Assembly: GCA_903919045.1 (NCBI GenBank)
Contig: CAIXGU010000254.1
Location: 1-43,764 of the forward strand
Origin: an uncultured Eubacteriales bacterium
Lineage (GTDB): Bacteria; Bacillota; Clostridia; Saccharofermentanales; UBA5734
Length of the DNA: 43,764 nt
Direction of reading: 5' to 3'
Below the pieces are notes generated by a model, which was given only the letters and a program-made list of their open reading frames with translations, ran no database searches and was not told the DNA's origin. The first letter of the stretch is position 1. The number at the start of each line of letters is the position of its first letter. Shown here in pieces: positions 18,835 to 27,899 of this stretch. Both the position numbers and the translations under genes were made by a program.

Positions 18835-19788
18835 ATGGCCGCACGCAGGGCGAACGGCGGGGACCTGCTCCGCCTGGCCGGCCGGAGCGTCCGGACGCTC
18901 GGGGAAGGCTATGTCCGCACCCGGTCCGGAATCCGCCGCACGTTCCACGTCCGGGCGACGCGCAGCGCGAGCGGCAACCTCGCCAATCTCCTGATGCTCG
19001 CGATCTTCTCCGTCCTGATGCTCGTGCCCATGCTGTACGTCGTCAACAACGCCTTCAAGCCGGTGGACGAGCTGTTCATCTTCCCGCCGCGGATCTTCGT
19101 GCAGAACCCGACGCTCGACAATCTCCGCGACCTCGCCTCGATCCTGGGCAACTCCTGGGTGCCGGTGACCCGCTACCTCTTCAACACGGTGCTGATCACC
19201 TCGGCGGGAACCGCCCTGCACGTCCTCTTCGCGAGCATGGCGGCCTATGTCCTCGAGAAATATCCCTTCCCGGGATCGAAGGCGTTCTTCGCGCTCGTGA
19301 TCACGACCCTGATGTTCTCCGCGACCATCACCAGCATCCCCAATTTCATCATCCTGTCCCGCCTCGGGATGGTCAACACGCTCTGGTCGATCATCGTCCC
19401 CGCCATCGGCGCGCCGCTCGGCCTGTTCCTGATGAAGCAGTTCATGTCGACGGTGCCCGACAGCGTCATCGAGGCCGCGAAGATCGACGGCACGAGCGAG
19501 ATGCGCCTCTTCTTCCGCATCGTCATGCCCATGGTGAAGCCGGCCTGGCTCGCCCTGATCATCTTCTCGGCGCAGAACCTGTGGAACACGACCGGCGACA
19601 TCTACATCCGCAGCGAGTCGCTCAAGCCCCTTCCGTACGCCATGCAGCAGATCATGTCCGCGGGCGTGGCGCGCGCCGGGGCGGGCTCCGCCGTGGGGCT
19701 CCTCCTGATGGTCGTGCCGATCGCGGTCTTCATCGCCAGCCAGAGCAGCATCGTCGACACCATGGCGACCTCGGGGATCAAGGAATGA
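18835..19788 (+). CDS. Carbohydrate ABC permease (MalG/UgpE-like)
   Basis: NPTLDN, LFLMKQF, EAA loop VIEAAKIDG. Starts immediately after the previous stop. Confidence 0.93.
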   Translation: MAARRANGGDLLRLAGRSVRTLGEGYVRTRSGIRRTFHVRATRSASGNLANLLMLAIFSVLMLVPMLYVVNNAFKPVDELFIFPPRIFVQNPTLDNLRDLASILGNSWVPVTRYLFNTVLITSAGTALHVLFASMAAYVLEKYPFPGSKAFFALVITTLMFSATITSIPNFIILSRLGMVNTLWSIIVPAIGAPLGLFLMKQFMSTVPDSVIEAAKIDGTSEMRLFFRIVMPMVKPAWLALIIFSAQNLWNTTGDIYIRSESLKPLPYAMQQIMSAGVARAGAGSAVGLLLMVVPIAVFIASQSSIVDTMATSGIKE

Positions 19789-21368
19789 GCGCGCGGCGGG
19801 GAAGACCCGCGGAACGGGCGGCGTCCCGCTGGCCGGGCCGGATCGCGGCGGTCCTCGCCGCGGCGGCGCTGGCCGCCTCCTGGCCGGTGCGCACGGCGGC
19901 GTCGGAGGACGTCTACCTCTCGCCCGACCACCGGAGCTACACGACGACGTACACGGGAGCCCCGGCGGAGGGCCCCCAGCCCTATGCGATCGAGAAGGTG
20001 CTCCTCGGCGCGGAGATCGGATGCGGCTCCTTCGACGACCCTTCGGACATCTTCGTGGCCGACGACGGCGCGCTCTACATCGCCGACACCAGCAACAACC
20101 GCATCGTCGTGCTCGAAGCGGACGGCACGTTCCGGCGGCAGTACCTCGGCGCATCGATTCCGGGCGGAGGATCGCCGCACCTGTTCAACGCGCCGCAGGG
20201 CGTCTTCGTCGCGCCGGACGGGGACCTGTACGTCGCCGACACCGAGAACGGGGCGGTGGTGCAGATGGACGACGACGGCCGCCTCGTCCGCCTCCTCGAA
20301 CGGCCCACCGGCGCGGTCGTCAGCGAGACCCTGGTCTTCAAGCCCTCCCGCGTCGTCGTCGATGCGGTCGGCCGCATCTTCGTCGTCTCCCTGTTCGTCA
20401 ACCAGGGGATCCTCGAATACTCCCCGGAAGGGGAATTCAAGGGCTTCCTCGCGGCGGGCAAGGTCAACCCGAGTCCGATCGAGGTCTTCTGGAAGCGGAT
20501 CTCCACGGCCGCGCAGCGGGCCCGCATGGTCGATTTCGTTCCGATCGAGTACAACAACCTCGCCCTGGATGACGAAGGATTCATCTACGCGACCATGGCC
20601 GCGATGGACAAGGACATCCTCTTCAGCGAGATCGCGGCGAAGACCGGAACGGAGGAAGGCACCCTGGTCCGCCGCCTCAACATGCTGGGCAACGACATCC
20701 TGCGGCAGGAAGGCTTCTTCCCGCCGGTCGGCGACGTGGACATCCTCGACTACCGCGTCAACCTGTTCGGCGCCTACCAGGGCCCCTCCCTCATCGTGGA
20801 CGTCTCCTGCGCCTCCCATGGGAAGTTCAGCCTCCTGGACAACAACCGCAAGCGGATCTTCGTCTACGACGGAGAAGGGGACATGCTCTTCGCGTTCGGC
20901 GGACCGAATTCCGCCGTCGGAGGGTTCGTCACGCCCCTCTCCATGGACCAGGGGGACGGCCGGTACTACGTCCTGGACAAGCAGACGGGCGCCCTGACGG
21001 TCTTCCGCGTCACCGAATACGGACAGCACGTCCTGAACGCCATCGACCTCTACGAGACCGGACAGTACGATGCGAGCGCCGCCGAATGGGAGCAGGTCCT
21101 CGCGCGGAACGCCAACATGGAGCTCGCCTATTCCGGAATCGGCAAGGCGCTCTACAGCAAGGGCGACTACGCGGCGGCGATGCGCTTCTTCCGGGACGCC
21201 AACGACAAGTCCTGGTACTCGAAGGCCTACAAGGAATACCGCAACGCGCTCGTGGCGGCCTGGTTCCCCGTCCCGGCGGCCGCGGTCCTCGCCCTCGCGC
21301 TCTTCCTCTTCCTGCGGAAGCTCGTCCGGACGACGCGGGGTTTCCTGAAAGGAGGGACGGCGCCATGA
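19785..21368 (+). CDS. NHL-repeat beta-propeller protein with C-terminal TPR and transmembrane anchor
   Basis: C-terminal part of the track ORF 15855..21368, ATGA-coupled. Signal-like N-terminus. NHL repeats PSDIFV..LYIADTSNNRIVV and PQGVFV..LYVADTENG. TPR-like ELAYSGIGKALYSKGDYAAAMRFF. C-terminal hydrophobic helix followed by basic residues. Confidence 0.85.
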   Translation: MSARRGRPAERAASRWPGRIAAVLAAAALAASWPVRTAASEDVYLSPDHRSYTTTYTGAPAEGPQPYAIEKVLLGAEIGCGSFDDPSDIFVADDGALYIADTSNNRIVVLEADGTFRRQYLGASIPGGGSPHLFNAPQGVFVAPDGDLYVADTENGAVVQMDDDGRLVRLLERPTGAVVSETLVFKPSRVVVDAVGRIFVVSLFVNQGILEYSPEGEFKGFLAAGKVNPSPIEVFWKRISTAAQRARMVDFVPIEYNNLALDDEGFIYATMAAMDKDILFSEIAAKTGTEEGTLVRRLNMLGNDILRQEGFFPPVGDVDILDYRVNLFGAYQGPSLIVDVSCASHGKFSLLDNNRKRIFVYDGEGDMLFAFGGPNSAVGGFVTPLSMDQGDGRYYVLDKQTGALTVFRVTEYGQHVLNAIDLYETGQYDASAAEWEQVLARNANMELAYSGIGKALYSKGDYAAAMRFFRDANDKSWYSKAYKEYRNALVAAWFPVPAAAVLALALFLFLRKLVRTTRGFLKGGTAP

Positions 21369-21997
21369 AGCCGGCCACGTTCGGAAGCGGGCTGCGGTAC
21401 GCCCTCCACATCGTCGCGCATCCCTTCGACGGCTTCTATGACATGCGCCACGAGAAGCGGGGGAACCTGGGAGCGGTCCTGCTCCTCTACGCCCTCTTCG
21501 TGGAATCCGTGCTGGCGATGCAGCAGTACGGCGGGTTCCTGATGTTCGATTTCGACCCCCGCTCCTACAATGTCCTCCGGAGCCTGCTGACCATCGTCCT
21601 GCCGATCGTCCTCTTCTGCGTCGCCAACTGGTCCTTCACGGCCCTGACCGACGGCGAGGGCCGCTTCGTCGACATCGTGATGGCGCTCGGCTACGCGCTG
21701 GTGCCGGCGATGGCCGCGAACTTCCTCGGGACGCTCCTGTCCAACGTCGTGGTCGAGAATGAAACGGACTTCGTGGGCATGCTCATCGGTCTGGGCGTGG
21801 TCTGGAGCGGATTCCTGGTCTTCGCCGGAATCCTGACGATCCACCGCTTCACGGTCCGCAAGACCCTCTTCACGCTGGTCATCACGGTCGCCGGGATGGT
21901 CTTCATCGTCTTCCTGGCCCTGCTGTTCGGCAGCGTCATCGACAAGCTGATCGGCTTCGTCACGGGCCTGATCACCGAAATCCGGCTGAGGAGCTGA
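21365..21997 (+). CDS. Yip1-family integral membrane protein
   Basis: ATGA-coupled, 210 aa, about 5 TM helices. HPFDGFYDMRHEKRG and NWSFTALTDGEGRF are typical of the bacterial Yip1 proteins found in these clusters. Confidence 0.78.
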   Translation: MKPATFGSGLRYALHIVAHPFDGFYDMRHEKRGNLGAVLLLYALFVESVLAMQQYGGFLMFDFDPRSYNVLRSLLTIVLPIVLFCVANWSFTALTDGEGRFVDIVMALGYALVPAMAANFLGTLLSNVVVENETDFVGMLIGLGVVWSGFLVFAGILTIHRFTVRKTLFTLVITVAGMVFIVFLALLFGSVIDKLIGFVTGLITEIRLRS

Positions 21998-22001
21998 AGC
22001 G

Positions 22002-24617
22002 ATGGCCATGCGCATCCCCCTGTCCCGGCGCGGCCGGGCGATCCTTCCGCTGGTGGCGCTGACCCTGTGCGCCGCCCTTCTCCTGTCCGGCTGCGAAGCG
22101 TTCTCGGCTCCCGTCTTCTATCCGCTTCTCACCCAGGACGGCATCGAGGCGTTCCCGTCGTCGGAGACGGCATGGAAGCCCTCCGCGGAGGACCTCGGGC
22201 TCGGGAGCATGCGGGTCGTCGCCGAGGACGAGGATGCGGCGCTGTACTTCCATCCGAAGACCACGGAGATCGCCGTCCTCCGCAAGGCCACGGGCGCGGC
22301 ATGGTATTCGAATCCGCAGGACCGCGCGGGAACGGACGACGCGCTCCTCAACGCCCAGGCCGTGGTCGTCACGCTGAACCGGCGGGACGTCGCGCGGATC
22401 TGGAACACGTTCGACGACAGCGTCGCCTACGGCCAGTTCAGGACGACGCCGATCGACGGGGGCATCTCCGTCGAATACCTGATGGGCAAGCGCCAGGAGG
22501 AGCTGCTGTACCCGGCCGGACTGACCGAGGAGCGCTTCCAGGCGCTGCTCGACCAGATGCCGTCGGACAAGGAGCGCAGCTACCTGAAGCGGATGTACGG
22601 GCACGTGGATCTCACCGCGATCCCGAGCGCCCAGCAGCGGGACGACCTCAAGGCGAAGTTCACCGAGCTCGACCCGGACCTCGGCGGGAAGATGTACGCC
22701 CTGAAGAGCCTCCTGTCGAAGCTCGAGCAGAAGAACCTGAAGGCGACCCTGGAGAGCGCCGGCTACACCGCGGAGATGCGCGCGGCCGACGAGGCCGCGG
22801 TCGGCTATGCGGGCTCCGGGGATTCCGACGACAGCTTCACGCTGGCCATCGACTACACGCTCGAGAACGGGTCGCTGGTGGTCCGCGTCGATCCCGCGCG
22901 GATCCGCGCGACGGAGAAGCTGAAGGTATCCGAGATCACGGTGCTCCGGAACTTCGGCGCGCAGAAGCCGGGCGGCGGGGGCACCCTGTTCGTGCCGGAC
23001 GGGAGCGGGGCCATCATCGACGCCGATTCCGCCCGGCCAGCCCCCTGGGCCGAGTACGTCCGGAAGGTGTACGGCCAGGACTACGGCGTCCTCCGGACCG
23101 ACCGGGTGGATTACAGCGAGCAGACGTATCTGCCGGTCTTCGGGGCCTACGGATCCGCCGGCGGATTCCTCGGGATCGCCGAGAAGGACGACGGGCAGAT
23201 GTCCGTGACGGCCGGCATCGCGCAGGTCGAGTCGGGCTATGGATTCGTGGCCCCCCGGTTCACGCTGCTCACGTTCGCGTTCGTCGCCCTCGAATCCTCG
23301 GCGAAGAACGCCCTGAACCTCTATCCGCGGGAGGCCGTCGACGATCCGATCCAATTGAGGTACCTGTTCGTCGACGGGGCCGGGACCTCGTACGACGACC
23401 TCGCGGTGGCGTACCGGAACGCCATGATCGCGGAAGGCGCGCTCGACGGCGTGAACGGGCGCGACGGGCTGGCGACGGCCGTGCGCGCGATCGGCGCCAT
23501 CGACGGGATCCGCTCGATCCTCGGGTATCCCGCCCGGATCGTCCGGGAGCTGACGTCCTTCGACGAAGCGAGGGAGCTGGGCCTCGCCCTGCGGAGCGCC
23601 GCACCCTCCGCCGACGTCGTCCTCTCCTACGCCGGCTGGCAGCGGGGCGGCCTGCGGAGCGGCTACCTGCGCATGCCTGCGGTCGAGCCGAAGCTCGGGA
23701 ACGCTCGGCGGCTCACGGAGCTGGCCGAAGCCCTGCAGGCCGAAGGCGTGGTCCTCCTGCCGGAAATCGAGCCCCAGTACTGCTACCCCGGCCCCGCGCC
23801 CGGAGGATTCAATCCGCTGCGCCAGGCGATCCGCTTCATCACGCGGGACACAGGGTACAAGCCGGTCCACGACATCGCCAACTTCTACATGGAGTCGGGC
23901 GTCCCGGTCCCCTACATCGTGCGTCCGGACCTGGTTGCGGCGGATGCCGGCTCCTACATGGAGCGGTACCGTGCGCTCGGCATCGGCGGCATCGGCGTCG
24001 GCGCCCTGTCCTCGGAGCTCTACTCGGATTTCAATGCCCGCCGCGTCCTGTCCGAGAACGACACGATCGGGTACTTCCGGCAGGCCCTGGAAGGGATCGG
24101 CGCGGACGGGACGCTGGTCGGAGGAACCGGAGCGAACGCCTATGCGCTCTTCGCGCTGGACTATGCGATGGGTCTTCCGGTCACCTCGTCGAACCACCCG
24201 ATCCTCACCCGCAGCGTGCCGTTCCTGCAGATCGCGCTGTCCGGGTCCGTTTCATATACGATGCCGGAGCTCGACCGGGCGACGGATCCCGCCCTGTATG
24301 CCCTGCAGGCCATCGAGACGGGGTCCGGCGTCTATTTCGACTACTTCGCCGACGAGGCGTCGGCCATCAAGGACACCGATTTCGACGCGCTCTACGGAGC
24401 GGCCGCCGCGAGCATCGGCGACCTCGGCGCCTCGGTCGCGGCGGAGGTCTCCGCGGCGCTCGCACCGGTGGCCAATCGGCGGATCGTCGCCCACGAGCGT
24501 CTCGAGGAGGGCGTCTACCGCACGACGTACGAGAACGGGTACGCGGTCGAGGTCAACTACGGCCGGACCCCGTGGAACGGCATCCCGGCCCGCGGCTACC
24601 GGGTGGTCGCCCCGTAG
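22002..24617 (+). CDS. DUF5696-like large lipoprotein
   Basis: Lipobox LSGC. Motifs WYSNP, LFVPDGSGAII, LPVFG, YAGWQRGG, LYSDF, VPFLQIALSG, and C-terminal GVYRTTYENG..VNY. Confidence 0.72.
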   Translation: MAMRIPLSRRGRAILPLVALTLCAALLLSGCEAFSAPVFYPLLTQDGIEAFPSSETAWKPSAEDLGLGSMRVVAEDEDAALYFHPKTTEIAVLRKATGAAWYSNPQDRAGTDDALLNAQAVVVTLNRRDVARIWNTFDDSVAYGQFRTTPIDGGISVEYLMGKRQEELLYPAGLTEERFQALLDQMPSDKERSYLKRMYGHVDLTAIPSAQQRDDLKAKFTELDPDLGGKMYALKSLLSKLEQKNLKATLESAGYTAEMRAADEAAVGYAGSGDSDDSFTLAIDYTLENGSLVVRVDPARIRATEKLKVSEITVLRNFGAQKPGGGGTLFVPDGSGAIIDADSARPAPWAEYVRKVYGQDYGVLRTDRVDYSEQTYLPVFGAYGSAGGFLGIAEKDDGQMSVTAGIAQVESGYGFVAPRFTLLTFAFVALESSAKNALNLYPREAVDDPIQLRYLFVDGAGTSYDDLAVAYRNAMIAEGALDGVNGRDGLATAVRAIGAIDGIRSILGYPARIVRELTSFDEARELGLALRSAAPSADVVLSYAGWQRGGLRSGYLRMPAVEPKLGNARRLTELAEALQAEGVVLLPEIEPQYCYPGPAPGGFNPLRQAIRFITRDTGYKPVHDIANFYMESGVPVPYIVRPDLVAADAGSYMERYRALGIGGIGVGALSSELYSDFNARRVLSENDTIGYFRQALEGIGADGTLVGGTGANAYALFALDYAMGLPVTSSNHPILTRSVPFLQIALSGSVSYTMPELDRATDPALYALQAIETGSGVYFDYFADEASAIKDTDFDALYGAAAASIGDLGASVAAEVSAALAPVANRRIVAHERLEEGVYRTTYENGYAVEVNYGRTPWNGIPARGYRVVAP

Positions 24618-24633
24618 GGCGAAGGGGGACGGC

Positions 24634-25554
24634 ATGAAGCGAATGAAGCGACGGAAGCAGCTGCTGGCCGCGAAGAGGAACCGGTACGGCTATCTCTTCG
24701 TCGCGCCCTTCCTCATCGGATTCGCGCTGTTCACCCTGCTCCCGATCCTCCAATCCATCCTGTTCAGCCTATCGGACCTGAAGCTCACGTTCACGGGCTA
24801 CGAACTGTCCTTCGCCGGCCTGAAGAGCTACCAGCGGGCCCTGCTCGTCGACGCGGACGTCCGCCGCCTCATCGTCAACGCGCTCGTGCAGACCTTCACG
24901 CAGCTCCCCGTCATCCTGGCGTTCAGCTTCTTCGCCGCCCTTCTCCTGAAGAACCCGTTCCCGGGCCGCGGACTGGCGCGGTCGATCTTCTTCCTCCCGG
25001 TCATCATGGTGTCGGGCGTCATCGCCAGCATCGACAATTCGAACCTGACGCTCGCGACCATGATGAACCGGAACACGGCCGATCTCGTCAACGGCGTGGC
25101 CACCTCCTTCTCGGCGAACAAGCTGATCCTGTCGCTGTTCAGCGACGCGATCCCGGCCTTCGTCCTCGACTTCCTCGGGAAAGCCGTCGACGGCATCTAC
25201 GACATCATCATGGCCTCGGGACTCCAGATCATCATCTTCATCGGGGGCCTCAACACGATCTCCCCCTCCGTCTTCGAGGCCTCCAGCATCGAGGGCGCGA
25301 CGGCGTGGGAGAGCTTCTGGAAGATCACGTTCCCCATGATGGGCCCGTACCTGCTGCTCAACACGGTCTATACGATCATCGATTCCTTCCTGAACGTGAA
25401 GAACCCGCTGATCCTGACCATCCAGAACTACCTCATGTCGTTCTCCGAGTTCAGTTTCGGTTCCGCGGTCTCCTGGATCTACTTCGGCATCATCCTGCTG
25501 GTCGTCGGCGTCACGCTGGCCATCATCTCGAAGAGGGTGTTCTACTATGAATGA
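24634..25554 (+). CDS. Carbohydrate ABC permease (MalF-like), second pair
   Basis: Start MKRMKRRK after GAAGGGGG. GYLFVAPFLIG, RSIFFLPVI, EAA loop VFEASSIEGATAWESFWKITFP. Confidence 0.92.
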   Translation: MKRMKRRKQLLAAKRNRYGYLFVAPFLIGFALFTLLPILQSILFSLSDLKLTFTGYELSFAGLKSYQRALLVDADVRRLIVNALVQTFTQLPVILAFSFFAALLLKNPFPGRGLARSIFFLPVIMVSGVIASIDNSNLTLATMMNRNTADLVNGVATSFSANKLILSLFSDAIPAFVLDFLGKAVDGIYDIIMASGLQIIIFIGGLNTISPSVFEASSIEGATAWESFWKITFPMMGPYLLLNTVYTIIDSFLNVKNPLILTIQNYLMSFSEFSFGSAVSWIYFGIILLVVGVTLAIISKRVFYYE

Positions 25555-26494
25555 CCCGCGCAGCCTCCTCCGCCGCCTCGGCCCCCGCCACTGGGGGAAG
25601 TGGGCGCTCTCGCTCGCCAAGGCCGTCTTCATCCTCGGCATCTGCTTCACGATCCTCTATCCGCTCATCGTGAAGTTCTCCATGTCGCTGATGGACCAGC
25701 GGGACCTGTTCGACCGGATGGTCAAGTTCATCCCCAACACGCTGCGTCTCAGCAACTACCCCGAGCTCATCGGCTACATGAAATACTGGACCGCGCTGGG
25801 GAATACCCTCTGGCTGTCCCTCGCGGTCGCCCTCGCCCAGGTGTTCTCGTCCAGCCTCGTGGGCTACGGCTTCGCCAAGTTCGACTTCAAGGGGAAGGGC
25901 CTCCTGTTCGCCTGCGTCCTCGTCGCCATGGTCCTCCCGCCGTTCGTCAGCATCACGCCGCTCTACCTGAATTTCAAGAGCTTCCATCTCTTCGGGCTCC
26001 TTCCCGCGGACGCGCTCGTCGGGAATCCGGCGCCGCTCCTGATCCTGTCCCTGACCGCCTCCGCGCCGCGATGCGCGCTCTACGTCTTCCTCGCCCGCCA
26101 GTTCTTCCGGGGGGTTCCGAAGGAGATCGAGGAAGCCGCCTCGATCGACGGAGCGGGAACGGTCCGGGTCTACTTCTCGCTCATGCTGCGCATGGCCTCC
26201 TCCATCCTCGTCACCATCTTCCTGTTCGCCTTCGTCTGGCAATACAGCGACACGCTGTTCACGGGGATGTTCTACAGCGGCCTCGACACCCTCTCCAAGC
26301 GCCTCTATCTCCTCGGGTACACGTTCGGGGCCGCCATCAGCATGGACGCGAGCGGCACGGCCGGCAACATCGGCTACATCTCCATCATGCAGGCGACCGG
26401 AACGCTGATGACCATCCTGCCGCTGGTCATCCTGTATTTCTTCATGCAGAAGACCTTCGTCCAGTCCGTGGAGCGGACCGGACTCGTCGGCTGA
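25547..26494 (+). CDS. Carbohydrate ABC permease (MalG-like), second pair
   Basis: GYGFAKFDFKGK, RQFFRGVPKEIEEAASIDGA, FVQSVERTGLVG. Confidence 0.93.
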   Translation: MNDPRSLLRRLGPRHWGKWALSLAKAVFILGICFTILYPLIVKFSMSLMDQRDLFDRMVKFIPNTLRLSNYPELIGYMKYWTALGNTLWLSLAVALAQVFSSSLVGYGFAKFDFKGKGLLFACVLVAMVLPPFVSITPLYLNFKSFHLFGLLPADALVGNPAPLLILSLTASAPRCALYVFLARQFFRGVPKEIEEAASIDGAGTVRVYFSLMLRMASSILVTIFLFAFVWQYSDTLFTGMFYSGLDTLSKRLYLLGYTFGAAISMDASGTAGNIGYISIMQATGTLMTILPLVILYFFMQKTFVQSVERTGLVG

Positions 26495-26512
26495 CGCCGG
26501 AAAGGAAGACGC

Positions 26513-27889
26513 ATGCTGCGCAAGCTTCCCTGGTTCGCCCCGGACGGCGGGCTCGAGTACGAATACGCCCAGGCGGTCTCGGAAGGCCTGCCGGTGCAGG
26601 CGATGCAGGCGCGATTCGAGGCGGCGGCCTCCCTCGAGCCCGGAAGCCCGGAGCGGATCCGCCTCGCCGTCGCGCTCCACGAGGAGGTCGCCGCCCTCGC
26701 GGCGGCGCATCCGGAAGCCGCCGCCGCGGAGCCCTCCGACCTGGAGGGGATCCTGGCGCTCGCGCCCGCACCGCCGGACCTGCCGCCTCCGGACACGGAC
26801 GACGGGCTCCGGTACGACCGCGTCTACGGCGCCTGGCTCGGACGCTGCGCCGGCTGCCTGCTGGGACAGCCCGTCGAGGGCTGGGATCGCGCGCGGATCG
26901 AAGGATTCTGCCGCGAGACCGGCAACCTGCCGGTCCGCGGATACCTGCGGTCGGACGTCCCCGAAGGGATCCGCGCGACGTACCGCGTCGCCGACCGGCT
27001 CGACTGGGCCGGCGGGAAGACCGTGAACTGGCTCAACAACGTCGCCTGCATGCCCGAGGACGACGACACGAACTACACGATCCTCGGCCTCCGCATCCTC
27101 GAGACGTACGGCCCCGGCTTCACGTCGGACGACGTCGCCGAGGCCTGGCTGCAGAACCTGCCGATGCTCCACCTGTGCACGGCGGAGCGCGTCGCCTACC
27201 GGAACGTCGCGAACGGGATCTTCCCGCCGGCCAGCGCCGCTTTCCGCAATCCGTTCCGCGAATGGATCGGAGCGCAGATCCGCGCCGACTTCTTCGGCTA
27301 CATCGCGCCGGGCGACCCGCGGCGCGCGGCGTCGGCCGCCCATCGCGACGCCGCCGTCTCGCACGTCCGCAACGGGATCTACGGCGAGATGTGGGTCGCC
27401 GCGATGCTCGCCGCGGCCGCCGTCACGCAGGACGCCGGGCTCGTGCTCGAAGCCGGCCTGTCCGTCGTTCCGGCCGGGAGCCGGCTCGCGGCGGCCGTCC
27501 GCGGCATCGCCGAGGCGCATCGCCGGGGCGAAGGCGTCCGGGAGACGGTCGACGGGATCCACGCGCGGCATCGGGAGAGCTGGGAGCATGACTGGTGCCA
27601 CGTCCTCTCCAACGCGCAGGTGGTCGCCGCGGCGCTGCTCTACGGCGGCGGGGACCTCGGTACGACGCTCGGCATCGCGCTGACCAGCGGCTTCGACACC
27701 GACTGCAACGGCGCGACCGCGGGCAGCCTCGTCGGGATGATGCGCGGCGCCTCCGCGCTGCCCGCGGAATGGATCGCCCCGCTCCGCGACACGGTCCTAT
27801 CGGGAGTCGACGGCATGGGCAGGGCCGCCCTCTCGGACCTGGCCCGCCGCACGATGGCCTTCGTCCGGCTTCCGGACGCCGGCGCCTGA
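26513..27889 (+). CDS. ADP-ribosylglycohydrolase-family protein
   Basis: GAWLGRCAGCLLGQPVEG, EDDDTNYT, TAERVAY, REWIGAQIRAD, SHVRNGIYGE, DTDCNGATAGS. Confidence 0.9.
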   Translation: MLRKLPWFAPDGGLEYEYAQAVSEGLPVQAMQARFEAAASLEPGSPERIRLAVALHEEVAALAAAHPEAAAAEPSDLEGILALAPAPPDLPPPDTDDGLRYDRVYGAWLGRCAGCLLGQPVEGWDRARIEGFCRETGNLPVRGYLRSDVPEGIRATYRVADRLDWAGGKTVNWLNNVACMPEDDDTNYTILGLRILETYGPGFTSDDVAEAWLQNLPMLHLCTAERVAYRNVANGIFPPASAAFRNPFREWIGAQIRADFFGYIAPGDPRRAASAAHRDAAVSHVRNGIYGEMWVAAMLAAAAVTQDAGLVLEAGLSVVPAGSRLAAAVRGIAEAHRRGEGVRETVDGIHARHRESWEHDWCHVLSNAQVVAAALLYGGGDLGTTLGIALTSGFDTDCNGATAGSLVGMMRGASALPAEWIAPLRDTVLSGVDGMGRAALSDLARRTMAFVRLPDAGA

Positions 27890-27899
27890 CGCCGCCGCC

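Noticed and set aside
15855-19784. 1837-aa ORF (15855..21368) suggesting a giant protein
   Set aside because: The first ~1310 codons are an Arg/Pro/Gly-rich off-frame shadow of the real SBP and permease genes. Only the part from ATG 19785 (NHL protein) looks like a protein.
26513-27889. ADP-ribosylglycohydrolase as an antitoxin or anti-phage component
   Set aside because: No ADP-ribosyltransferase, toxin or defence gene is nearby, and the context is purely catabolic.
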